Source of the DNA: Bugula neritina
Taxonomy: Eukaryota > Animalia > Bryozoa
Length of the DNA: 64,000 nucleotides
Direction of reading: 5' to 3'
Assembly (NCBI GenBank): GCA_964035545.1
Contig: OZ037766.1
Span: 19,828,767-19,892,766, forward strand
Made by a program: the position numbers and the translations under genes. The notes beneath the pieces are model-generated. The model saw only the letters and a program-made list of their open reading frames with translations, searched no databases and had not been told where the DNA came from. The number at the start of each line of letters is the position of its first letter. Position 1 is the first letter of the stretch. Of this stretch, positions 1 to 11,995 are shown piece by piece.

Positions 1-298
1 ATCTCACATTTGAAAGTTCTTTTATTAAACTGATTAATCTATCTCATGTTATACAATTTTAGAGAAAATGTCTTTTATTTTAAAGTATTTTTTTCAAGCA
101 CAGTATCGAACAGATTAAAAAGTTGACGCTGCATGTTATCAACATGCTGATGAGATCTTTCAAATCTATTATATCATTTAGTTGCCAACGCTTAGTCATT
201 TGCAGCTCCCTGTGTTGGCAAGTTGCAAGTTTCTAGTTCTAGAAAGTCTACCAGCTACAATACTATGAGTTATATACCTTATATTGCTTACACTTTAG

Positions 299-472
299 GA
301 GGCTGTCCTCAAAGGATTAAAAGCTAATGAATGGGTTGGGCAGGTGTCGTCCCTTCTCAATGGCAAAGGTGGAGGTAAAGATCTGTCTGCACAGGCTACT
401 GGTACTAACATCTCAGAGTGTGATAAAGCCATGCAGTTGTCTCTTGATTACTCCAAGTTGAAACTTTCATAG
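299..472 (+). CDS. AARS1: Alanyl-tRNA synthetase (cytoplasmic), terminal coding exon (C-Ala/DHHA1 end)
   Basis: Acceptor tttag at 294-298, then EAVLKGLKANEWVGQVSSLLNGKGGGKDLSAQATGTNISECDKAMQLSLDYSKLKLS*. The GLKAxEWV...GKGGGKDxSAQATG motif is characteristic of the eukaryotic AlaRS C-terminus. AATAAA at 625-630. Confidence 0.95.
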   Translation, partial: EAVLKGLKANEWVGQVSSLLNGKGGGKDLSAQATGTNISECDKAMQLSLDYSKLKLS

Positions 473-1692
473 CTAAGCTGTCCATGTGTGAAAGTAGACT
501 GAGATTTCATGCCAGCCAAAGATTTCATGCTATTTAAATATGGTATCATGTTGCAATGTCATTTTATACAAGAAATTTTGAAATGCAATTGACTTTTTAA
601 ATTCAATTGTTTTTTACTATCATTAATAAACTGCGAAGGAAACTTTGACCCATTATTTAGCTACAACAACTTGTTTAAGGAATTTCAGATAGAAGAAGTA
701 TTGGTATAATTGTTGTTATTTAGGTAATAATTTCTTGAAAGTTGTAAATAAGTTTTCATAATGTGTCAATTGCAACAATGTATCAATCATGATGTAGTTT
801 AAAAATTGATACAAGTAAGCCATAATTGCCAAATATTAAAAAATTGGTTTTTCCGAGGTTTTGTAGAATTATGAGAAAAGGTAATTTGCTTTCATCAGTT
901 GGAACTTGTGAGTTAATTGAAACTAAATTTTATGAAGCAGGAATAGAAAGTGCATGCTAAATAAATGGTCAGACAATTACGATTACAAATAAATTGCTTA
1001 CAGCTGGAAAACCTGCAAGTAATGCAATGCAGTCAATCATTTCAATTACTATGTCATTCAATGTAATAATAGTTTATTTCAATAAAAGATATTTTGCTAG
1101 ACATATGCAATAATAATCTTTGCCCAGTAGATCAGGATGCTCTGAATACATCCTGTACATATTCAAGTTACTGTTAGCTGTGCACACACATTCTGTGTGG
1201 TAATAAATATGCATGTATACATATTATGTGTAATTACAGTAATCATAAGATACTATAATGTGAACATCTAGCTCTTCAATATAGAGGATACTGACCACTT
1301 TTTACTGTAAAACAGTATTTAACAGCCTTTAGCCATTTTTCATTTGCTCTAACTTCGTAGCCACGGATTTGGTTTTATCTATATGATATAGCTTTAGTGT
1401 CACTGTCACAACTATTCCTAATTTTCCTTCTGATGCTACTAAGTACATTGTAGAATGTAGATCTGAAAGTTGTCTTCTTATGGGAAGACAACTTCATCAT
1501 AATATTTCTCTTCAATGTCTTCCAATGTTATCCGATGGTCTATCACTTTTTCAAACACACATACTCCATCATCTAGCCCATCTTTACCAATAGCACTCTT
1601 CACTGTTTTAAATGAAGCCCGCCATCTTCGTAACTCCATCTGGATTTCTAAAATGATGTTTTATAGCTTGTCACATTAGCCTCTATGCAACA

Positions 1693-3191
1693 TAGTGGGG
1701 GTGCCAACATGCAAAAGTGGTCTGGTGGAGCACATCAATACTAACCTTTGTTGCTATATATCACTGCAAAGTCAACAATCTACTAATCTCAAATCTGCAA
1801 GTGACTTTTGTATCTGATGGGGGCGAGGTTCTCCTTTGAGGAGGTGGATATACAGAGGTTGGCCAATTTTCAAGGGGACATCAAGAAATTTAAAATATGC
1901 AATTATTTGAGTAGTTTGAGTTTAATATTCAAAATGTTTTTTGGAAATGTTTTACACCTATGAAACTATCTCTCAAAAAAGTGGTGACTAAAAATTGATA
2001 GGTGGGCAGAGCCGATTGCATGATGTAGTGCTTTTTCGGATGAACCAGATGTTCTCTAAGCCGCCACGTTTTCGTTGTAACATCTAAATTGATAAAGTTT
2101 AGCTTGTAAACCCTCTCCAGTATCCTTATAAGTCATAACAATTTCTAGTTCATTCTTACCAACAGAACTTTTTTCACAGCCCTAAAGATTTAAAAATTTT
2201 GTCATTAATGATCATTAAAATATAGCTTGGGACTAAATAGTTTACTTTGTTTCAGTTCCACATGAACATTTTTCAAAGAGCTTGTTTTAAATAAATATTG
2301 AGCACAGCTGCTTACAACATTTTTCAAAGAAGTACATGGATTATTTTAGTTTGCTGCAAGGAAGAACTTAGTATAGCTCGTTATATAACTTTTTCTTCCA
2401 CAACAACATGGTAAACAAATATCCGAATTACTTATTTCTGCGTTGTTTAATAGTTATTATTCTAAAATAGTTTTGGTCTGTTAACTGAAAGTTATAAAGT
2501 TGCCTTTTGCCAATGTGTGTGACTGGCAGAATGCGCAGAATTCATCATCAAACAAGTATTAGATGTTCATAGCTATTCGAGAAATGAAAACTTTCACATT
2601 CTTGAGCTTAAAGCAGTAATTCCTCTAACTATGTACTAGAAAGGAGCTATCAGTTAATAAAAACAGGTTAGATTTCAATTTATACTAAAATTATGTTAAT
2701 TCGATTAATAAAATGCGTTATTATAAGTTGATCAGAGTAAGTTAGAAACTGGCATGACTTATAAGGACACTATAGAGGGTCTACATGCTAAAAATTACCA
2801 TTCTAGCAACAAAAAAGTGGTAGCTTAGAGAATATCAGGTACACCCAAAAAAGCACTACATCATGCCATAGGCTCCGCCAACCTATCAATTTTTAGTCAG
2901 AAATTTTCGAGAGGTAGTGTTATAAGTGTAAAACATTTACAAAAATGCTTTGAATATTAAACCTAAATTATTCAAATAATTGCAGGTATTTAAAATTTCA
3001 TGATGCCCCTTGAAAATTGGCCAACTCCTGTATATCCACCTCTTTCAAGGGAGAACGCTATTTTCAGATATAAGAAAAGCAACTTGCAGATTTGAAATTA
3101 GTAAAATGTTGGCTTCGCAGTGATATATAGCAACAAAGGTTAGTATTGATGTGCTCCACCCGCCCATTTTTGCATGTTGGCAACCCCACTA
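1693..3191. mobile_element. Non-autonomous foldback/MITE-like DNA element with ~450-bp terminal inverted repeats
   Basis: 1693-~2150 (tagtgggggtgccaacatgcaaaa...gagcacatcaatactaacctttgttgctatatatcactgc...) is the diverged reverse complement of ~2740-3191 (...gcagtgatatatagcaacaaaggttagtattgatgtgctcc...gcatgttggcaaccccacta). No ORF inside; TSD and superfamily not resolved. Confidence 0.85.
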
Positions 3192-3835
3192 CATATTGAA
3201 ATTCATATTTATAAGCCATATTTATCATTCACATAAACTCCATAACACAGCAGCGCTATAATCATTTATAATAAAAATCAAAAATTGTAAAAAATATACT
3301 TTGGAATTGTATTCCCTACTGCATGTTTTCTACTGTTGATATGCCATGCATTGTGCCATCCATTATGTATAGCATTGTGTAATGTGCCAACTAGTAACTT
3401 TTTAAATATTTAAACATTGATATGCATGCAATAGGGTAGAAAGGTTCAGACATAGATTGAATTCTACATACTTTTTTATAAATAAATAATGCATGAATGT
3501 TATTCTAATAATTATATTATAATCATTTACGAAAGCATGTTATTAAGCTACAAATTTTTAAAAGAAGTGACAAATAAACTTACTCAGTAAAAGTGTAGGT
3601 TGGAGAGACAATTCATTCACATCAGTATCTACATATGTGTTATTAGAGAGTGAATGTTTTCTAGAATCCATTCTACATCGGCAGTGATCAAGTGTTTATG
3701 AGGTATGTTACAGGCAGTTAAATAATCAGCTTGCTTCATCAAAATACAGAGATTAAGTGAACTTTTAGCAATTTTCATTGTTAAACTATTAACAATGCAA
3801 TTTATCATTTAAATTTGGCTATTGTTAGCATCATG

Positions 3836-3836
<1 letters not shown>

Positions 3837-3905
<69 letters not shown>
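3837..3905. repeat. (TA)n microsatellite
   Basis: Perfect TA dinucleotide run. Confidence 0.98.
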
Positions 3906-3907
<2 letters not shown>

Positions 3908-4970
3908 TGGCTTGCCTAAATGCGATTTGATATGCCCTTTAAAAAGTTTTTTGTGGCAGCAACAATTGGGTTTTGTTGCAAAGCAGATTCTTGAACAGCT
4001 GTTTTTATTGGACAAAATTTCTGAGCATTTTAGTTAGTCATATTTTGAATAGGTTTATTCGAGAATTCACAGTTTTTTGAACTTATAATAAAGTAATATA
4101 ATAATTAGGATTGTTATTTTTCTTGATTTTCTTAGTCTGAGGAAAATAAAGTTGTAGGATGCTAAAAAATAGTAGTCATATACCCTAAACTTTGAGGTAT
4201 GTATATCTTGTGTTCTAGAGACAATCTGAACCTGCAAGGAATTGTGAAAGTTGTTCTATCACATATATTACCATGTGCTAGATGTGTCATGCATGTCTCT
4301 TCACTGGATAACTTAATTCTTGTACATGGACGCTATATACCTTTGGATCCTTCCATAAAACTAGTTAACAGTGTGACTCATCAACTCATATAAAATAAAT
4401 AATTTTTTTTATTAAAATCTCACTAAGTTTTTCCTCTTAAATAAGTTTGATTAAGTATATTGACTTCATACGAGTTTATGTTATATCGATATAAATATAA
4501 TTTATTTCTATTTTTGTTTCATGAATTGCATGATTAAATATAAGATTTTTTCCATTTTACTGAAAAGCTAATAATTTTTTTCTTAACTATTTAAAACATA
4601 TACTAAATATAACAGTTACTAAACATTTTTTTTTGATTATATAAATAATGTATAAGGCAGATTTTCAACTGACAACCTTTGACTTTTCTTGATGGTGTGT
4701 GTCACATGGAGATGATCAACCATGAGATCAGACTCAGCTAGCAAATCTAAAATAACCTGTATTGGTGCACAAGGAAATGAAAATAAATGTAGCAAGTTTT
4801 CAAAACATACTACTCAAAAGACACTGATGAAAAATCTGTAGTTAAAGCAATGTTAACTTCTTAGTCACTTAGTCTATAACACATCAACATACAAAGCTGA
4901 ACTTAGGCTTTTTAACACATGATTAAATAATGGATCACATTGCTGGTTACTAATCAACTTTCTTACTGGA

Positions 4971-7900
4971 TTAGGTAAAAAGCTGCTTAGGTTTTATGTT
5001 GGTAGAGCTGATAGAGGATGTTTCAGATAGTCTTCTGTCAGGAGTGGCACTCCTACGCTGCTTTTCACTTTTAATTGCAAGTCTGCCATGTCTGTGTTCT
5101 TGAGTAGAGGTTCTTCTGGGCTGCAGGGGCTGTGGGGCGCCTATTGATTGTCCCGTATTATTTGATGGAATATTTCTATGTTTACCCAGCATGTTGTCAG
5201 CTTCAGTTGCTTGAAATCCTGGACCAATTGTCTTTTCAATAAAATTCCTGTTGAAAAACTGTCTCTCATGAATGACCCAATTGGATTCTTCAGCTGCCAT
5301 TACTTTATTTATCTGTAATAACTAAAAAATCAATGTACACCTGAAAAACACACCAATAATGAATTAATGTACTCTACATCAATTCATGCCCTTTTCATAA
5401 CATCTTTTTTATGTGCAATATAAATAATTTCATGCGATTGATTCATGTAATTTTTCACTCACCCAGCCTCCATCTCCATCAATCCATTCACTCACACTCA
5501 GCTCTTGAATGCTAGTTTTTGAGTTGTAGAGTAAATTCTCAAACCAGTGGAATAAGTTTTTTAATATTGGCAAGCTGTGAGCTTGTAGACTAAGCAGCAT
5601 GACACTAACATCTCCTATCAGAGTCATCACCTGAAATATGCTAAATTGCAGTCATTTTCACCAGTTAATACAAACGCTGCATTACTTTAACAAACTCGTC
5701 AGCTAAATAATTTAAATACTTGATTCAGAATTAACTATTCTATCAACAACTACGTATACTAGTCTGACTAAACTGCTGTTACTTTTTAGCCGCGCAACTG
5801 ACTACCAGCTACATCTGATAGGGCAATTGTTATTTATTGAATTTTTAAAAAAGTTGAATCATTACAAGTGTGAGTTGAACTGTTTTGGTCTGCTGCATTA
5901 TATCACAACAGTCTGTTAGAATACTTAATGTCTTCAGTAGCGGTACAGAACTGCTGTCAATGAAATACTGGCTCCAAGTACAGAAAATTTAGCATCAATT
6001 TCAAAGCAATGCTGTTGCAGTTTAGGATTTAATCTCTGCTGAATATTAATTAGAGTAGGCCCAGCACAACTTTGTGATAATATGAAACTTTATCTGATTT
6101 GATTTGTTTAAAAACTATTGAATTGTATTTAATATCAGTAGGCCTATATTGATATCATTGATGGGGTGGTCATCAACTTTGAGGACAATAAAGTATAAAG
6201 TGCAAATATAATCAACTCAACTTATGGGGCTGAATCACTGCATAGAGAAATGGCTTAAAATCATTTATCCTAACTATTTCTCACCTGACAGATAGATTGC
6301 CAAGTGTAAAACCCAACTGATAGCTTTTGGAAACATGAGAATGTCTCTAGGTACTTGATCATTACAGCAAATGGCATGTTCTTAAGTATTCGAAGTTGAC
6401 TGTCATATTCATGTTTGCCTACAAAATAGAAATAAGCAGATAGATGCATCATGTATGTATACGGAGTATGTATGCCGAGTGTATATGCCGTGTGTATATG
6501 CCGTGTGTGTTTGGAGCTGTTTTCATTTATAATTATAATATTTCTGATGTAAAAACTACTTAGTAATTGTGCACTTTCTTTAACACATGAAGCCTACGAG
6601 CATTTTTTTCAATATAAAAAAATAAACCATGACAGTTGAGGGTAGCTGAATGAACTGATATCACAGCTTCATGTATCTTAGAGAGGTGGAACAGTACCAG
6701 ACTCAACTTGCTAATTACAACCAGCAACTAACCTTGTTGACCACTAATTAGTCATACAAGTATTGTATGTAGTAATTTCGGAAAAAATAATTCATCAACT
6801 GTATTAAAATTAGTAATTTATAGTCACCAACAGTTTAAGACTGGTTAAAATGACTGGTTTGTTACAAATTGATATATAAAATAAACATACATACCTAAAA
6901 TAAACACTGCAAGTGGTGCATCTTGCAAGCTCTCTTTAATTTGCTGATCAATGACTGTATTTTCTAGTATCTGAAGAGCTTCTTTCTTTCTTTCCTGACT
7001 TATTTGAGGAATATCTAACCTAAAAGTTCAATAACAGAGAGAACAGAGCACTATTTCAGTTCATCACAAACAGGGTAATCTTCTAATAATATGTATTTAA
7101 ATTTATTAAAAATATTTCAAAGGAAATGTTTGCAAAAATGGCTCCTTATAATAGCTGCATGATGTGGTATAATAATTGAATGCAACAATTGGTATTTTAA
7201 CATCACTATTAGCATGTAAAGAAATAACCCTAAAAGTAGTACTCATAGAATACTATTGTGAGTGTGACCCTGTTACTAAACTTTTTTTCAGCTCAATATT
7301 CTTAGTTTCAAATTTGCTGACAATATTTAAAATTTTTTTATACGGAATTAGTTACATTTTCTAATCATATCAAATCACATCATTATTCTGCTCGTAGCGA
7401 ATCTGCACTAAGGATTTTTTCAGCCAACCTTTTAATATACTCAAAGTATTTTTCTACACTAAACTTAAATTATTTTTATGTTTTAAAAACAGTCTTGTAG
7501 ATTAACGTTAAAATTTGTAATAACAAATTAAAACCAACATTTTCAAAACTGCAAACATTATCTTATAATTGATGTTTATACTCACGCAACTTCAAGGTAC
7601 AAGTTAAATATTGCAGTTGTTGGTATTCTTTGGGTCATGTGTGGTGGTATAGTGAAGCTTGTATTGTTTCCTGTGAGGTCACGTATTGAAGAAGGGGAAG
7701 ATAGTTGAAAAGTTCTGCTCATGTGCTGGTTAGTTTTATGTATTGGTCTAACTCTTTCAAAGTTCTGTTGAACCAACTTCCTTGGCATAAGTCTTTTACG
7801 GTCTCTGTCGGCTAAAACTTGTCTTTGAACTATTACCCCTTGAGAATTGTCTACTAGTGCAGCTGCTTGCATTCTATAGCTGAATCGTTCCATGCTTCTT

Positions 7901-10521
7901 GATGTCATATCAATTGCTATTGTTTCTCTTTCTAATTTTGAAGCCTAAAACAACAAATTTATTAAAATATATATTTCATAATATTATTCATAAACTGTTG
8001 CGTTGCTTACTTGCTTACTAGCTTACTATATGTTTTATTCATAGTCACAAGTTTAGTTGTTTTCAGATTATAATTTATCGGTTATTAATTTTCACACCTT
8101 GTTAAGTTGTAAAAATTGTTTAGAATGACACGCCTTTTGTTGTTTCATTAGCAACAACCAAAATCTCAAGAAATAGTAACATATATACATACTCAATTTT
8201 ATGCAGTTGATTGAAGTGTTAATTACAAAAGTTGTAATGTTGAAACAAATGTTCAATTCTTATTCAAATAATTATGGTTGAGTGAAGTAAAGTAATTCTA
8301 GTTAATTTCTTTAAGTAATTATTCTGCAAATAATTTGCATGATAACAATTGGTGGCTCTATAAGTATGAAGCAATAAAAAATTTTCTCAGATCAACTAAA
8401 AAGGAAATTTATTTAATCTATTAAATATGTTTTATTAAAACACTTGAACACAACTATATAAAGAACAAAAGCATTTCCACAGTTGTTGCAACTAAAAAGG
8501 CTTTAGTTTGCCTAAAGAGATAAATTATTCCAGATGTTTCTTACTTCAGCAGCATAATTATTATTATCAACCATTTATATAAAATTTAGCTTTTTAGAAA
8601 AACTGACAACATTAATAACTTTGACATTTTCTGACAATTATTGTTCAAGACTTGTAACTAATTGTGTTTTATATATGCATTGATTCAGCATTCCTTCAAC
8701 ATTCTAAAACAATCAAAAATGATTTTGCTCGATTAAAATGTCGGAAAATAAAACTAACAGCATGGTTCGCACCTGCATCCTAAATAACTTATAAATTGTC
8801 AAACTAAACTTTTCAAACATTGCCAGGAATTATAAAACAGGTTAAAACCTGTAGCATACCCATCCACCCCTGTCTTGTATCCAGTCATCAATACTTGATA
8901 CTCTCTCTGGCTCTTGAAGAGTCTGGAAGAATTCTACACACCAGTTCACTAAGCTTCGGAATGATGCAGCAAAATTATGCAGTAAAATCATCATCCGGCT
9001 GAGCTCTCCTGTCAGTACTATCAGCTAACAGTAAAACAATTCTAACCATAATTTATATTACAAGTTGTTACTAAATATTTGTTAGTAAAAGCAGCGTAGC
9101 TTAATTTTATCTAGTTGTTAGAGTGCTAGTAGCTAGGATGACATAGGTCATACGAGCTCCTCAGACTCTTCCTGAATACTAAATGATACTTATTAATACA
9201 CACCTGGCAGATGTATCTCCAGTGGAAGGCTCCATTTCTTAGGGCGAATACAAATTCTAGTGACCCTAACTGCTGGATTAGTTCACCCTGTGGCATTTTT
9301 GATAATAGCTCCACATCAGATTGACTGATGTGATGTCCACCTAAAAGAAAAAAAATATATATAATAACTATAATATTTTAAATATTAATTTCTTAGACAC
9401 TACCCTAAACTCCTAAACTTAAATAACAAAACTTACACACCATACAACAGGCCAAACAGCTTCACTAAATACATCCATTTCAAGTCTAAACACCGATCAA
9501 ACATTAACTCAAACCTACCCTCCTCCATTAATAGATGACTATCGTCAATATTTTCTAATGAAAAAGTCTTTAAACATGTCCATACAAACCAGCAGTATCT
9601 CTCAAACAAAAGTGGCTACAAACACCAACTATACAATTCTTACCAGAACTATGGACAAATGCTACACAAAAAAAGCTGAAATAGAACAATTTCTTGGTAT
9701 AACCCCCTTTCAGTCAACAAGCAACTGCAAAAATTGTGAAACGTTTTTTAAAATCATAAGTGAAAAATTTTCAAAGCAACATTCACTTCATACATGTATA
9801 ATCATCCACAAAAACAACGTAAAGGTTAGCTACATTAGCATTCCCAATATAAGGAAAACAATAAGCACCCCTAATATACAATGCCAATATACATGTATAT
9901 GAATTATTTTTCTTCAATTTAAACTGAAATTGCCAACCTAAACTGTCTATGATGCTTGGGTCCTTTAGAATTTGACTAGCAGACTGTGAGTTTATGTTGA
10001 AACATTCTTTCAGTATCTCAATGGCTTGTGCTGCATTTTCATTTGGCAGATATACATTAGCAGAGTCAATTCTGAAAGGGGAAATGAATAAGCGATATTG
10101 AACATGTATAGTAGTTAGAATGCACAGCATTGCATCGCTTACTAATAAAATTATTATATTTCATTAAATATGAGTGTAAAAAAAACTCAAGTTAATAATA
10201 CATTAACCAAAGGTAGAATGAAAAAATTGAAATTTAAGCACCATGTAAGTGATATGTTCAGGAAGTTATCATACAGCTTCAGGAAAGACATGTTATGCAA
10301 TCATGCAGGTACTTTGTTAATGGAATAAGGAGTTTCTTTCACCCTTAGTGCTCAAGAAAGAGTAATTAGTATAGAAATTAGAAATTTGTCCAGAAAATCA
10401 CAGCCTGTTATACTATATTATGTAAATAATAGATCCTGTCTTACACATGATACAGATAAGCAATAATCACTCTAGCTGAAGTTAAAGCATCAGGTTGATT
10501 TTCATCTGGTCTCCAAGACAT
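4971..10521 (-). CDS. Divergent Bcl-2-family-like protein with two tandem Bcl-2-like domains, 9 coding exons, ~546 aa, no C-terminal TM helix
   Basis: Exons 10521-10445, 10071-9938, 9340-9204, 9024-8860, 7944-7586, 7019-6895, 6418-6285, 5630-5463, 5312-4971; all GT-AG and phase-compatible (1641 nt). Domain 1: ALTSARVIIAYLYHV...ALRNGAFHWRYICQLIVLTGEL...LVNWCVEFF...IDDWIQDRGGW. Domain 2: TTAIFNLYLEVALD...KLSVGFYTWQSICQVMTLIGDV...LFHWFENLL...VSEWIDGDGGW. Each has a BH2-type WIxxxGGW followed by a phase-0 intron. Confidence 0.8.
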
Positions 10522-11995
10522 CTTTAAAGTGGAGAAAACTTCAGTGTTTCTCAGCTAATGTTTGTATATGTAAACATGAACCCCTAATTCTTGTGAAATT
10601 ATGTGACAGTATAAAAAGTATTTGTTTCTTATGTTGCTAGGCTCCATCAGCTGCTGTTCAGCATAACTATGCAACATAAATATCTACTACATGGGCTTTG
10701 CTAAAAGCTTTACAGCTTTCAGGCAAATCACACCTATAGCAATGCAACCCAAAGTTTTTTCAAATTGATTTATATAGTTTTAATACGTGAACAATACAGT
10801 ATAAATTATTTAATGGCATGAAATCAGAAAAAACAGGACTGTTGATAAAATTAAATTGCAACATATAATAAGTTTTTATATACTTTTAAAACAGTCTGCT
10901 GCCATTTCAAATGCATACTATTTGGAATAACTTTGAATAAAACTAAATATTGATGTTTATTACAAACATAGTTTTTTTTATAAACTAACATATAATAATT
11001 TAGGATTGCTTCTTTTTTATGAAATCAAAAGACAAAGAGAGTTATAAATTTGGCACAGAAGTTTTTGTAGCTATGGTTATAGTCCTGAAATGGTTGCAAA
11101 GGATGCATCAAGAAAATAAATTAGAAAATTATATTCCCTCTCCTTTCATATAACCATATAACCATTTGCAGTCTAGCTTGTTGTTAAACCACTATAAATA
11201 TTTAGTATATTTTTTCAGCTATACTAAAGGCATAAGTTTAAATTATGACTGTGCAGTAAATTAAGGTAAAATGTGAGATATATACCATTAAAGAAAAATA
11301 TCCAAGTAAAGTAACCTTTAACATGTACATAAATGCTTTCTACTAAAACAAAGTCTTCCTATTCTCTAATGAATTTCACTTCAGTTGGCCATATTTGTAA
11401 ATTCTGCATAGACTTCAGTCATTCAGTGTAATATCAGTGTATTTATTATTTAGTCCGAGCAAGATTGGTACTGCTGTATTTCCTCAGTTATGATTCAAAA
11501 GAGCTTTAAAATTTTATATTACTTTTGCTAAGTGAAATAGCATTTATTGAACTATTCTATGTACTATATAGGGTTTATAGGCATACCAATTCTTATATGT
11601 GGTAAAACTGAAATAACTGAAAAACTGAAATATGCTTTAAAAGTAAACCATAAGAGACTGTTCGAGAAAGTAACTACAGTATTAAAAAGTACGGAAATAC
11701 TTCTTGTGCTAAAATTAGAATCAAACTAGCTGCTAGTATAAATTGTTATGCTCTATAAATTGAAAGTTGATTACTTTCTTCTTAGATTCTTTACAGAATG
11801 GTAACTAGCCAACAGTAAACAAATAATTAAATAAAATGCTTTTCAAGAGCTTTTTGAAAAATAGCTGATGTTATTCTGTACAAGCTTTGTCAGAGGGGGC
11901 ACTAAAACATTCGAGGCTTTAAAAATATTTGCATCAATTTCTAGCAGGTGCACATTGTTTTTGCTTTCTGAACTTGCAGAGTGGTTGAAAGAGTC

